From Lepidodermella squamata (Eukaryota > Animalia > Gastrotricha): DNA of 64,000 nt. Below are positions 1 to 16,135 of this stretch, piece by piece. Made by a program: the position numbers and the translations under genes. Under the pieces are notes generated by a model. The model searched no databases, was not told the origin of the DNA, and worked only from the letters and a program-made list of their open reading frames with translations. Numbering within the stretch: position 1 is the stretch's first letter; each line of letters opens with the position of its first letter. The stretch spans positions 744,001-808,000 of the forward strand of contig JBLDXI010000038.1 in the NCBI GenBank assembly GCA_047495785.1, read 5' to 3'.

Positions 1-3344
<3,344 letters not shown>

Positions 3345-6300
3345 TATCACCCTTTTTCACGCGGTGCAAAAACTGTTCATAACATTACTTGATTTATCAT
3401 AGTATTATCTGTGATCGTCCCGCTAAAAATTTTAACATTGAGTATAAAGAAAAACGAATAAAGCATCCTAAAAGTTTATTACGGTGGATGCGTTGATACT
3501 ATTTTGTCTTGTGGTATTAGAATTGCATGACGTAAATATTTGAGAACCAAGGACATTTTTGTGGCCAAAGCAGATTGATGAAAAGGCAGACTTAACCGAA
3601 CTCGGTATTAAAACATGTTATAGTTGCTCTTCCAAAACTTTCACATTATAAATATATAATTTTCTTACTCTGTGGTCTGATTTTAGTTCTTTTTCCGCCC
3701 TCTCTCTGGCGCGTGCGTGTTGACTTTGCTATTTCGTTTCCATGACACGTTGTCGCCTGATTCCAGCCGTGTTGAAACCCTCTTCCATCACCTCGCAGCA
3801 GCTCTGACGTGCATGCTGGGCTCGTATATTATCGAAAATTTTCTATTTTTTTGTCGATTTTGTTCATCTCCTATATACATAAAAAAATCAATGCCTGGTC
3901 TGTTGCTTCGTGTCTTTTGAACACGGTGGTGCGCCCTTTATTATTTCTCCTATTATACTGCTAGTTAATAATACCAGCGTCGTTGCAGGATTGAAATCGA
4001 TTGGATGCATTAATTCAATTATGTGTGCTGTCGAGTCATCGTTAGCTGTGTATTACACAAAGAATGAGTTCCATCCGAGAAAAATGTACATGTTGAGACA
4101 ATAGAGGCTGCATCGAAAAATACTTGACTGCATAGCGTCATGTGAAATCATCATGCATTACTGTCTGTTACGGTAAGCCACTGCTATTTGAAACTTGAAT
4201 GCTTTACTACTTATGTAATACTTACCCATTGCCGTGTTTAATCGTCGCCAAAAGTGTTTATACAATCGAAAATTGATGATTTATATAATATTAATATTGT
4301 TTTATTTGAGCGATACCGCAGGAAAAATGATATAATATCACGGCGATGTCGTCTGTTCGTACCCGAGTTTTTTTTGAACGAAGCTTGTCGTCGTTAATAT
4401 CTGGCTGCCAAACACGCATCGCTTACACGTGAATTATACGTAATATAATTATTATAATTACTTGATATTTTGACCGCTTCTCCAAGAAAAAGTTGTGGAA
4501 AGTGCGTATTATTCTCTTTTTGTGCGCCTTGAAATAATGATGATGAAGAGAAGACATTCTGACAAGGTTAAAATAAAAACAACATCAAGTTGGTAAAGCA
4601 TTTCGGACTTTTTCAGATAGCAAAAAGCAGAATATTGGTCTTAGGATTGAGCTTCGGCCAGAGGTGTGTTTTATCAGTCAGCATCATAAAACAAGCAACA
4701 TGAACTTGGAACAAAGTGGTGACAAAGTTTTTTGCCGACTTTTATTCGAAATTGCCGGGCCGCACACAAACGACGCAATCAACTATACCGCGCTGCATCT
4801 GCGCAGCACGAGTTTCTTCCTCTTCCATTCTTGTTCTTCCGCTCTTCTTCCTTCTTGTTCGCAAATTCGGCAAATTTTGACGAAATAGTGTGTTATCAAA
4901 TACTCGGCGTGTGTCGCGATGAAAAAGCGGTTGTCGCTGCATGGCACTTGTTTAACAAGTGCCATGCAGCGACAATCGCTTAAGTTAACGGTGGATATTT
5001 CCACACATTACCAAAGGTTTCGGCAAGTAGCTCGCATTTGGCGGCGTCGTCGGTGACTCCTAAACCGTTCTTGTTGGTCAGGATAGCAATTTTCCGGGTT
5101 CGGCGCCGCCCTATGAGACGGCCGTTTACCGCTTTTGCCAAGCTTGCGTTGTTTGACGCTGTTTGATCATCTCATTACTTAATATTATTGCGCCATTTGA
5201 ATTAATATTGGACGCAAGCGAGACGAGCGAGCCGAGTTACGAGTTATGGTGATGTCTCTCATTTCTGATTTAATCGTCAATTTGAGGCAAAAGAAATTAA
5301 CATCGAACTATCCTAGTCATGATCCTAGTGCGTATATAACTGATTTGAATATGCTTTGATAGTCCAAATCGAAACAGCAACACCACCACATGAGCACTAT
5401 AGCGTTCAGGGACGAAGCCACCGAAGCCAGCTATGAATCTTCCGGCCGAGAAAAAATCTAGCGCACGCAAATTCCAACCACAGATCATGTGAGCCTCTGA
5501 AAACTGAAAATCTACTGATGATGAGGGCCTGTATATAAGGTGAGCTTCTATTCGAAGATTCTTGCATTCGCATTCTTCCACGCTCTCCTACCTTTCTTTT
5601 TCTTCCAATATTGACAAATTCGGCGAAGTCGACAAACTGTGAAGAAATAGCATGTTGTCGAATAATACCTACTCGGCGTGCGACGTGATTAAAACACAAG
5701 TTTTTGGCTGTGGTTGGCACGAGATTTGTAGTAAAATGGGCAAGGCTTCGCTGGATTATTACAACACTGATTGAACGAAAGCTCTTCGCTTGCCAGAGCA
5801 CGCAATCAACGCTGCCGTCGTCGAAGCAAGACGCCTTCACGTTCCTCTTTGTGACCGTAGTATGAGCTGAAGAAAATATCCGCGTGCGGACTGGGTGCGT
5901 CTGCGCCAGCTCGACCAGCAGCGGCAGCCATCAGTCTCGCTCGACTGGTCCGATCAAAAGATTGTCAAAAATAAAAAGATTTCACATCTTGGCCTTCTCG
6001 CAATGATGTAGAGGCGGATTTTGATGCCAGGTACAGGTTCCCGGAAATATCGCGGCGATCGATGATCGGTGGTACTCATATTCCTATCATAACTACGGCA
6101 AGCAACCCAGTCGCCAAAAATGCTTTTTAAGTACAATTATTCCGGCGACCAGCGATAACAAAAAGCCCTTTTTTACCGCGTTTTTGTCGTGATAATTACC
6201 GTGCATTTACCTTGCTTTTACGAGCTCTCATATAAACTAAATTTGCCGCGTTGCTCGCTGTTACCGTCACCAAACTAAGTAACAGAACTAAGTATTAGAA

Positions 6301-6813
6301 AAATGTATGAGGCGAATATTACTCAAAACTATCGTTGACGATCGCCTTATTTACAAAATACATACTGAATACTGACATGCGAATTACGACAATACTGCCA
6401 CTCATAACCTTCATGTTCACCTATAATTTCATTGTATTATACTACTGCTATATCTGTTTTGCTATGCTTAATTTTATGACTTAAATGCCACAATGTGCTG
6501 TATACTGCTTTTTCTCTTTACTGTGCCAACCTTTTTTTTGTATATACTACTACGCTACTACGCCACGATCGAAAAGAATAATCACTCAAGCTCGAAAAAT
6601 AATTATAAAAAAAAATGGTATGGCTTCACTCGCTCTCTGGGGCCAGGCGCGTGGAATGCAGGGTCAATTTCTGCCGAGCGGGCTAAAATGCCTCCTTCAG
6701 CGAAGGTTGTGTTGTCAGCCGGTGGGCTAGCGCAACCTTCGCGTAAGCAGAGGCTGATTCTGGGTGACAGTTGTCCCCGGGACCTGCGAGGTTGGGTGAG
6801 GTCATCACACACA

Positions 6814-6852
<39 letters not shown>
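6814..6852. repeat. (AAT)13 microsatellite
   Basis: Read directly from the sequence. Confidence 0.95.
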
Positions 6853-7895
6853 TATGACAAATAATATACCGAACAGACATGTGCTTAGTGAAATGAAAAC
6901 TGAACAACCTCTCCATCGTACGATCTCCTGTTTCACCTCCTCCTCTCATTTTATCTTTGAACAAACACAAATTGTACTTGAAGCCACGTAGAGAAAGAAC
7001 CTACTACTATCCAAAACGCAATCTTACGATTATAAATATCTACGGATAAAATCGTGGCCGAAACCAAATAAAGCAGTATTTAAAAAAAAACTAAGTACCA
7101 GCTAGGCCCGATACGGTTAAACTTCGGTGATTGGAAGTAGCTGGTGCTATCCGTGGGGATAGCACCGTAATCCGTAAGCCGAAAACTTCAAGCTTGAAAC
7201 AAATATTAAACAACATTATCGTCGCTGTTGGTTTGAAAGGAATTGAAGAAATGATGCAAATGTAGAGCACAAATTCTGAAACCCGAAATCCACTAAAACT
7301 AGCAGAAAAACGAGGTGAAACACAACTTTGCCATGTTTTCACCGCAGTTTTGTTGGTCGCTTGCCGGCATTTACTCTTGGCTATGCGGACGCGCGACACG
7401 CAACTTCGCCATGCCTATCGAGTTGGCGTTCGTGCGTGTTTGGCAGATCCTCGTTTCATCGTTTCGTCCACGAGTCGTTTTTAAAAACGAAAGTTGCGCC
7501 TCACCTGTACGACGCTGATAATAAATTTCACCCACTTCAACATGTCCTCCACATGCCGCCCTTGCTTCTGTCTCTCTTTTACACTTGAGCGGCTCTGGGC
7601 GACCATTGACTATTCTACGTTTACTATACCTTTGAGGACGCGCGGAAGGCGCTTCTCGCTTGGCCTCGTGTCGGCCACCGTGTTGGCCTCAGTGCAATTC
7701 TATTCTCGCCATCAGTAGCCTGGCGAGGCATGTGGCGAGGCATGTGGCGCGAGACGGTTCGCCAATATTATGACGTCATTCGCCGTTTGTGGATTGATTC
7801 CGGACGTGGCGAGCCCGAAAATACTAGCACGGACCTTCCGTGTTAATCGGGTCTATTTTGGCATTTTTTACCTGCTATTCATGTGCGTACGGCTT

Positions 7896-7935
7896 GCTTG
7901 GCGCATGAGACGTAGCTACGTCTCATGGCTTGGCG
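7896..7935. repeat. 24-bp perfect palindrome flanked by an 8-bp direct repeat
   Basis: gcttggcg (7896-7903) + catgagacgtagctacgtctcatg (7904-7927) + gcttggcg (7928-7935). Confidence 0.85.
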
Positions 7936-8992
7936 TGCCTCAGACGTGCGACGAGTTGTTGCGCCTCGCCGAGGTCGCGGATACGTCGATCCACGTCGGC
8001 CCTGCCGGCGCCCAAGCTTTGCTGCCGGCCGGCTACGGCCATGTCTCTTACAATTCTTCGTATCTCCATCTCTACGCCCAGCCGTCGTGTTGCCTTAACC
8101 ATGCAGGGTTTCCCATTGGCCTGCCTGGTGCCTCCGTGCTGCACCGGACCCACGGGACGGCCACTTCGTTTGGTACGCCGCTGTATGTGCCGCCTGCACT
8201 ACGCGCCGGGCGCGGCCACTGCATCGTCGGCATGGCCCGCGCCGGCGCCGCCCGCTGATGCCGCAGTTGTCAAAACTAAGCGGGCCGACACCGTTTTGAT
8301 TCAGACTGTCAACGCTTGGAGGAATAGTAATATTTGGATTCGGCGACCAGACCGACCGGACCTCGGTTCTTGGTCAAGAGCAAAGATCCGCAGCTATTTT
8401 TCATGGCGTTTCGAATGTCACTTACTAAGCGCTTCGAGGAATGACTCGGCCTTATCGCGCCTCACATTCCACCAGCTCGACTTTATCGCATTTGCAACGG
8501 CGGACATCTTGCCATCACTCTGAGGTTCTTGGTCACTGGAGACGTGCAGACGATCGCTTTCAGCTATCAAGTTGGCATGAGCCTGGTGCGAAATAGGTTT
8601 GCGCGTCTTTTTTTCAAACGTTTTATATTCTAGGGCGGCTGATTTTCATGCAGGCGCGGTCTTTCGCTGTAATGGGCGGATTAAGGTGGATTAGTGCGGT
8701 GATTACGCAATGAGTGCGGCTTTATTTATTTTTGGGCGATACAAATGGGGCGAACTTTTACATTTTTGGGCGACAGATTTACACGCACCCTTTTTCGAAA
8801 TAAACACAATATAACAAATAATCAATGAAAACTGCACGTGCTGAAAGTATGAAAAATTGACCGTTGTAAAAAACGTGGATAGAGAGCTACACACGTCGTG
8901 GTTTATTCGTACTTTTCGAGAATTTTTATTCAATATCTGCATGGAATCTGTTCATGATGTAGACATTTCTAAAAAATTGTAAAATTGTATGA

Positions 8993-10551
8993 ATGAAAAG
9001 GAAACTTGGTCGATTTAGATCTCCTGTCGCCATTTTTCTTGTAAGCTCCTCAACGTTTATCTATTTCCTCTGCACGATTTCGCCTTCCGTCGATTATTGG
9101 CCGGATAAATTGGCCGATGAACCATTGCCTCCATCACAGGAGCAGAAACGCCTTCGAAATCGTGATTTCGCCGAGTGCCGACAAGCATTCGACGACGAGA
9201 TCAGTAGGAAGCAACTCTATCTGATTTCACCTCGATTACCTCTACCGACCAGTTTATTTATAAAAAGCGACGAATCTGCGACTGAAACGAGCATTTCTGC
9301 ATCATATCTCTACGCAGTTTTAGCATTTAGTGGCTTAAATCCGAGATTGCAGGAAGACCCGAGACGAAAGCATGGCAACAACACGTCTAAACTTATTGAA
9401 GGCTCACCTTGGTTTTTTCCCGATTACTTCTCTTGGTTGAATGACGTTCGATTCATCGCTCATTTGCCAGATGGATCGAAAGTCAACTGCGAAACGATCA
9501 ACTGTCGTAACAGAAGAGGTGACGATGGCAGACGGTCAATTGTCTTGAAATGCCCGATGAAACATGACTATGACAGATTAATCAGGAAGATACAATTAAC
9601 TTCGCGAGACAGACCTCAGTTCAACTTAGTTGGGCGTAACCTACGAGTTTGCAATTACGATCCACCGAATGTTGGCAAGAAATTCAAATTAGCGGCCTGT
9701 ACTTTAACTGGCAATGATCACTTTGACCGGTTACCTGAGTGGATTGAGTACCATCGAATGATCGGCTTCGAATATTTCCTCATTTATATCAATGGAAATG
9801 ACACTAAACGGCACGAAGAGTTGTTAGGTTATTCATTTCCAATTATCGAATATTTCATTTCATCTACAACTCGCGAATTTGTTTTGCAGATGTTTACATA
9901 AGTGATTTGAAAGTTGTGACCCTGGCGCAATTTTTTCTCGACGTTCCGGCCACTGACCCGAATTCATATGTCCAGCCTTCTATGCTGAATGACTGCCTTT
10001 ATCGCATGAAAGGCCGTACCGAGTGGCTGGGAATGCATGATGATGACGAATTTTTTCAATATTATTCCTCCTCGAAATTACAGTCTAATAAGGCCGATTC
10101 TTTGGTGCATTTTCTTGACGAATCATATCGGCAGAATCCAGGTATAGGCGGCGTGCTGGTCAACTCGTGGTTCTTCGGATTTTCAACCGAGACCGACTTC
10201 AAATTTTCAGCAGCAGACGGAAGCCCAGCCTACTCTAGAATAACATCAATGCGAATGCGATCAACTCGTCCGCATATTAATGGCCGGTGGAAATACATTG
10301 TTCGACCGGATAATGTCGACTACGTCGCTGTTCACTTGATAACCAATGGCGGTTCAGATATTAAGATGGATCCGCTCAAAACTGGCCGATTAGTTCACTA
10401 CCGCTCGCCTTACATCGAACATTACAGGGATGAGTATAACTCGAAATCACTTGTCTTAGATGAATCGATGGCTTTAGAATACGGTGACGAGCTTGTCAGC
10501 CGGCTCAATAAACTTGGCTTCAACTATTCTCAAAGAGCGAGCTGTATTTAG
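8993..10551 (+). CDS. Glycosyltransferase family 92 (DUF23) protein, copy A; exons 8993-9827, 9890-10551
   Basis: Type II membrane anchor; LAACT..DHFDRLPEWIEYHRMIGFEYF, NDCLYR, HDDDEFF (DxD) and LVHYR. Removing a 62-nt GT-AG intron restores LLDVYISDLK as in the paralogs. Confidence 0.85.
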
Positions 10552-10676
10552 TACTTATATATGAAAATAAGCATTCATCCTCAGAATGAAAAGACCCATG
10601 TGAGCGAAGGTATAATGAAATTCGCAGGGTTAATAAAATTTCTGTTTTGAAGAGATCTTATATTTTTAACCAAATT

Positions 10677-12113
10677 ATGGTATGGTATTTGCGGTTGATC
10701 AGTGCAATTGTTCGCCCAACGAAATCTGGACTATCGCGGATTGCTGCGATATGTATATTTTGCATCATTGTCGCCTCGCAATTTCGGCGGCAGGAAATGC
10801 AAGAGGCAATATTTATGCGAATTTCAGATCAAAGAGTTGGGCGTTATATCGAATGCCGTGAATCTTTTAATCGGCTGTTCAATGCCCATCAGCCTTACCT
10901 GGCCCTTCCTCGTGTCCCTCTACCGATGAGTGTGTTCGAAAAATCGGAATTCGACGCAGCACGAAATGCGACAGTTCGCAATATTGTTATCATCTTGTTG
11001 ACAGAAGTTCTTCATCCATTGCATGGAGTTACTAATATGTTTTTCGGCCCAATGTCGATAGAGGACCGAATTATTCTCGGCAACTCGGATAGGTGGCTCA
11101 GAGATTCGAAATGGAGAATTTCGGTAAAAAATCAGGCCTTCAACTGTTCACCTATTATCGGCGCTGATATTCAACGTCGAGTAATAGTCTTACAGTGTCA
11201 AATTCTTGTCATGGACATGAATATAGAAATTGTAAACTTGACATCACCAGTTAAATGGTATTTTAACGTCGTTGGAAAGAATTTGCCTGTGTGTAGTTTT
11301 GACCGACTACTACCGAGGCCAAAATACCGGCTAGTTGCCTGCACTCAAGTTGCAGATGACCATTTCGACCGAATACCCGAATGGATCGAATACCATCACT
11401 TAATCGGGATCGAACATTTCTTCATTTATATCAACTCAAATTCAACGGAAAATTACAGGAAGTTGCTCAGTTATTATATCGATGAGCTAGAAATCGTCAC
11501 ATTAATACCGTGGTACTATTCAGTTCCAGTTAAATCACCGGGTCAGTTTGCCCGAGTTCCAGGGCAAAACGACTGCCTGCATCGATTGAAAAATCATGTG
11601 GACTGGATTGGATTTTTCGATGTCGATGAATTCGTTCAAATTTACCAGCCAAGCGCCACGAGAAAGTTTCTTCCTGATTATCTCGATAAATTGCGAGGAA
11701 ATAACTCTGGCATGGGGGCTTTTGTCCTGTCATCCTGGTATTTCGGATTCGATTTCAATCCCAACTGTACGATAGTTGGACAATTGTACGCGAGAACCGA
11801 TTTGATGCGATGGCGGACAAAGTCATACCACATGTATGGACGAATGAAGATGATTGTTCGACCCGATCGAGTAAATTACGTTGGCATTCACGAGGTGACT
11901 GATGGAGGTACCATGATATCGATAGATGTTGACACCCAAGGCCGACTAATTCATTACCGGTACCCCTACATTGACGAAGCTTATTTGACTGAATTGAATG
12001 AAAGGCGCCTTACCTACGATTCGTCAATGGCTGACAATTACGCCTCTGAGGTGGTGAAAAGACTTGGCCAGCACGGTTTCAAAGTGACTGAAAAACCTTC
12101 CATTCAATGCTGA
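10677..12113 (+). CDS. GT92/DUF23 glycosyltransferase, copy B (intronless)
   Basis: N-terminal TM; YRLVACTQVADDHFDRIPEWIEYH, QNDCLHR, FDVDEF, LIHYR. First ATG at 10677. Confidence 0.87.
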   Translation: MVWYLRLISAIVRPTKSGLSRIAAICIFCIIVASQFRRQEMQEAIFMRISDQRVGRYIECRESFNRLFNAHQPYLALPRVPLPMSVFEKSEFDAARNATVRNIVIILLTEVLHPLHGVTNMFFGPMSIEDRIILGNSDRWLRDSKWRISVKNQAFNCSPIIGADIQRRVIVLQCQILVMDMNIEIVNLTSPVKWYFNVVGKNLPVCSFDRLLPRPKYRLVACTQVADDHFDRIPEWIEYHHLIGIEHFFIYINSNSTENYRKLLSYYIDELEIVTLIPWYYSVPVKSPGQFARVPGQNDCLHRLKNHVDWIGFFDVDEFVQIYQPSATRKFLPDYLDKLRGNNSGMGAFVLSSWYFGFDFNPNCTIVGQLYARTDLMRWRTKSYHMYGRMKMIVRPDRVNYVGIHEVTDGGTMISIDVDTQGRLIHYRYPYIDEAYLTELNERRLTYDSSMADNYASEVVKRLGQHGFKVTEKPSIQC

Positions 12114-12157
12114 TGATAACTGTGAAAAATAAAATGGTGGAATAATTTTATAGAATA

Positions 12158-13663
12158 ATGCGTTTTCGACGTCCGTTTTGGGCGAGATTTTGTTTCATTT
12201 ATTCTATTTTCTTCATAATTTTACTTCGAATAATATGGCCGGAGTCGCGGCCAGCTATATCTCATGCAAACGTGACTAATGTTACCCATAATTACCCGCA
12301 GTTGCCTCGATTATATGCTCACATGCCACGTTTGAAGGTCGGCAATGCTGCATTTTCGCAATGCCGATCGAATTTTGACAGACAATTCAATTTGCAACGG
12401 CCGTACCTGGTTTTGCCTCGCATGCCACTAGCGGCAAGTTTGTTTCTCCGAGATGATACAGAATGGTCTCAAGAAAGCGAAATTAACTTCACATCAACCA
12501 ATTTATTCATTATTTTGGCGACTGGAATCGTCGATCCTGATTACAACAGCAAACGAAATTCGTCTTTTGCTAGGGAAATTCATCAACTACCTCATTACAA
12601 ATCTTGGCTAGTCGATCAGAACTGGACTGTGGAAAATGGAGATGATTTCAGGCGCAGTTGTTCTCCAATTTCGAATGACGACGGCGAAGGTGACAAGTAC
12701 GCTTGGTCGATCGTATTAAAGTGTCTGCTTACAACTGATTTGGAGGAAGAACCTGCGATATTTCAAGAACTCGAGCCGCTTCACTTCAATTTAACAAGTC
12801 AGAACATGCCGCTCTTCTACGAAATCGGCCTAGACTTGTCGGTTTGCAATTTCGACCTTGAAAAGCCGCATTACAGATTAGTCGCCTGTACCCAAGTCGC
12901 TGGCGACCATTTCAACCGAATCCCTGAATGGATTGAATACCATCTTCGAATAGGCTTCGAATATTTCGTGATATACGTTAATGAGGAGTCGACTGAAGTC
13001 TACGATCGCTTGTTAGATGTCTACATTTCGGAGTTGAAAATTCTTACATTGGCGCCGTTTTTTCTCGACGCTCCGGTAAAATTGCGCGGCAAGTTTTCGC
13101 AACAGGCTTCCCAGAACGATTGTCTGCATCGATTCAAAGGCAGAGCCGATTGGATGGCATTTTTCGATGTAGATGAATTTTTCCAGATGATTAACCCCGA
13201 AACGAGCCTCCTTGATTATTTAGACAATTTCAATTTGCATATCGACGGACTAGGAGGGGTAGCATTCAACAGCTGGTTTTTCGGTTTTGATAACTTTGTT
13301 AATTGCAACGTTACCTGGCCGACATTCTCGCGAATCAACGCAATGACTCGGCGAACTACGGCGGAACATGAAGCCGGGCGATACAAGACAATAGTTCGAG
13401 TTGAAAACGTGAACTACGTTTTCATCCACGACATCACTAATGGCGGACCGACTCAATTTGCTGATGCTAAAAACGAGGCTCGCCTCGTTCACTACCGGAT
13501 GCCGTATATTGAAGAATACAAGGCTGCTTTCGGCAATAAAACTCTTGTTCTCGATTCATCCATGGCGAATAGATTTGGTGAAAAAATTCATGAAAAATTG
13601 ACAGAGCGTGGCTTGAAACTAGATGATGACAGCTCTAGATTTTGTACCAGCAGTAGTGAATAA
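12158..13663 (+). CDS. GT92/DUF23 glycosyltransferase, copy C (intronless)
   Basis: Same motif set (EWIEYH, QNDCLHRF, DVDEFF, LVHYR) and an N-terminal TM. Confidence 0.88.
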   Translation: MRFRRPFWARFCFIYSIFFIILLRIIWPESRPAISHANVTNVTHNYPQLPRLYAHMPRLKVGNAAFSQCRSNFDRQFNLQRPYLVLPRMPLAASLFLRDDTEWSQESEINFTSTNLFIILATGIVDPDYNSKRNSSFAREIHQLPHYKSWLVDQNWTVENGDDFRRSCSPISNDDGEGDKYAWSIVLKCLLTTDLEEEPAIFQELEPLHFNLTSQNMPLFYEIGLDLSVCNFDLEKPHYRLVACTQVAGDHFNRIPEWIEYHLRIGFEYFVIYVNEESTEVYDRLLDVYISELKILTLAPFFLDAPVKLRGKFSQQASQNDCLHRFKGRADWMAFFDVDEFFQMINPETSLLDYLDNFNLHIDGLGGVAFNSWFFGFDNFVNCNVTWPTFSRINAMTRRTTAEHEAGRYKTIVRVENVNYVFIHDITNGGPTQFADAKNEARLVHYRMPYIEEYKAAFGNKTLVLDSSMANRFGEKIHEKLTERGLKLDDDSSRFCTSSSE

Positions 13664-14626
13664 ATTCTCATTTTTTCTTTGCTCAGCCTTTTGGTAGCCG
13701 ACAAATATGTCGGAAATGTGTCGCCTCATTTAACGTGCTATTGACCAGGCAAACACGTCGCCGTCGTTTGCCCACAATTTGCTGCTGTCAGCACCTCAAA
13801 AACAACAAACAGGTGCGATTTTTCGCTCTCAATTCGCCACAATTACAGCAGTCGATACATATCTGATCACCCTTTTTGACTGCTGATTTTTCTATATATA
13901 TACTTAGCTGATTGCTGGGCGGAAATAGGTCACAGAGCACGTGTTGCTTGGAGATTATATTAGGTGAAATATTTGTTCTATATTCTGTAACAATCGCGAG
14001 TGGGGACAACAATAAACAACTAGCGTCGCACCACGCTGTAATCGCATTATATTCCTGTTTTATTGTTATATTTTATTGAATTTTCGCCAACAAATAATAT
14101 ACAATAACGTTCATTTGGGCAGAGTCGACACCCAGACTACTAATTCATATTATCATCATCATTATTGTTTGCCTTTTTTAGTCTGCTCATCCTTTCGCAC
14201 GATCTGGCTTTGAACAATAACATTATTGTTGTCATCTTTTGCTATTAAGATTCTACTGCATGATATATGAGCACTAGGCGACGCGCATTTCGGCTCTGTT
14301 TCTTTTGAATTCTCCGCCTTTACACAGTATTGAAAGGCCCAGTAATTTCTCAACGATACTCTTCAATTCTTTTCATAATGCAGAGGATGAAATGTTGCAA
14401 AATATGGGGTTGTAGAGCTAGAAATGTTCGGATACGGACGACTGAGTACAAGAAAGTAGGGTGGTCGTGGCCTTTCTTACCCCGAGAACCCCAAAACTAA
14501 CGACACACACCTGCCTGCCATCAGCCTCGTTAATCTGTACTTTTATAACTAGGATTGGAATGACCAATTTACTAGTACATCCTGATTTAACCTATTTTTT
14601 ATCGATTATTTTTCTAGGTGAGTTGA

Positions 14627-16135
14627 ATGATAATAAAGACAACTTATCTCCAGAAAGCCTTACCTGTCAGCATTTTATATTTTACCGGAGTTTCTATCAT
14701 CGTCTACTTGATTTATATCAAAGCAAGATCCTTTGACGTAAAACATCATGCAATCCATCACACAATCGACAACGATACTTTTACTTACAACGTGGTGGAA
14801 CCCACAAAGAAGTTGGAAATCAGCAAAATTTCAGTCAAATCATCGGTCGATGCTTCGGTAGAAAACGCGTTATTCGAAGCGAATAAGCGGTTCTCAGATT
14901 GCCGACAGCAGGCGGACGAGGAGTTCAACGCAGCAAAGCCGTATTTTTACAAACCCGGCTTGGTCCCGATGCCTGGCAGTCTGTTCATTCGCCAAGATGA
15001 AGTCGCCGAAAATCAAACAGAAACTAGTCTCTTCATAGTAGTCATGGCTCAGTCAATTAACCCTCACAGCTTGCCAAGTGATTTCATCCACCTTAACAAC
15101 TACAACGAATGGCTCGACACAGCTAGATGGCGAGCTATCTCAACTCTGAATTCAAGCAACGAAATTGTGTGTAAATCAGTCGATGGAATTACAGGGGATA
15201 ACTATCAGTGGACTATCGTTTTAAGATGCCCACTCGGCAGTGACTTTGAATTCAAATTGGCGCAGCAGTATAGATTCAGCCTGGTTTCTCTCACGAAGCC
15301 GATATTTGATGAAATAGGGAAAAATCTGCTGGCGTGCAATTTCGAGCCTCCTAAACCAAAATACCGGCTGGTCGCTTGTACACAGGTTGCGGATGATCAC
15401 TTCGAACGGATACCTGAATGGATCGAATATCACAGCATGATTGGTTTCGAATATTTTATAATCTACGTGAATCAAAATTCGACGGAGAAAAACGATAAGA
15501 TGCTTGATGTCTACATCAAAGCGGGTCTAGTCACCCTGGCGCCGTTCTACTACGACGCCCCGGTCACACTGCCTGGCAAATTTGTCCAACAAACCGCGCA
15601 AAATGACTGTTTACACCGATTGAAAGGCCGAGCAGATTGGCTGTCTTTTCATGATGACGACGAATTCTTTCAGTATTACAAAAAGCCGTATAACCACGAC
15701 TCTTTACTATCGTTATTAGAGGCTATGTACGCAGAGGACCCAAATCTGGGCGGGGTTGCCTTCCGTTCGTGGTTTTTCGGCTTCGATAACGCCACAAACT
15801 GCTCGAGCGACCCAGTATTTTCACGAGTTGCTTCGATGAATTATCGAGCAAGGCGTCATCACTCTTTGGGCCGTCATAAAACTATAGTGCGAGTCGATAA
15901 TGTCAACTACGTCTACGTTCACGACATAACAAACGGTGGCTACACGTTTTTCCTCGATGCGAAAAACGTCGCCCGTATGGTTCACTACCGAATGCCGTAT
16001 ATTGAGGGTTACGTTGATGACTTCAACGCCGGAATTCTGGTTCATGATACGAGTATGGCTGATACTTATGGCGACGAGCTGTTGAGGCGGCTTGCATCAT
16101 GGGGTTTCAATGTAACAGGTTCACCAAACTGCTGA
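14627..16135 (+). CDS. GT92/DUF23 glycosyltransferase, copy D (intronless CDS)
   Basis: Same motif set (HDDDEFF) and an N-terminal TM. Confidence 0.88.
   Translation: MIIKTTYLQKALPVSILYFTGVSIIVYLIYIKARSFDVKHHAIHHTIDNDTFTYNVVEPTKKLEISKISVKSSVDASVENALFEANKRFSDCRQQADEEFNAAKPYFYKPGLVPMPGSLFIRQDEVAENQTETSLFIVVMAQSINPHSLPSDFIHLNNYNEWLDTARWRAISTLNSSNEIVCKSVDGITGDNYQWTIVLRCPLGSDFEFKLAQQYRFSLVSLTKPIFDEIGKNLLACNFEPPKPKYRLVACTQVADDHFERIPEWIEYHSMIGFEYFIIYVNQNSTEKNDKMLDVYIKAGLVTLAPFYYDAPVTLPGKFVQQTAQNDCLHRLKGRADWLSFHDDDEFFQYYKKPYNHDSLLSLLEAMYAEDPNLGGVAFRSWFFGFDNATNCSSDPVFSRVASMNYRARRHHSLGRHKTIVRVDNVNYVYVHDITNGGYTFFLDAKNVARMVHYRMPYIEGYVDDFNAGILVHDTSMADTYGDELLRRLASWGFNVTGSPNC

Noticed and set aside
7770-8523. 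Overlapping GC-rich ORFs (162 and 197 aa on +, 76 aa on -)
   Set aside because: No recognisable domain or splice structure. Several open frames are expected at this GC content, and the block contains tandem and palindromic repeats typical of TE-derived DNA.
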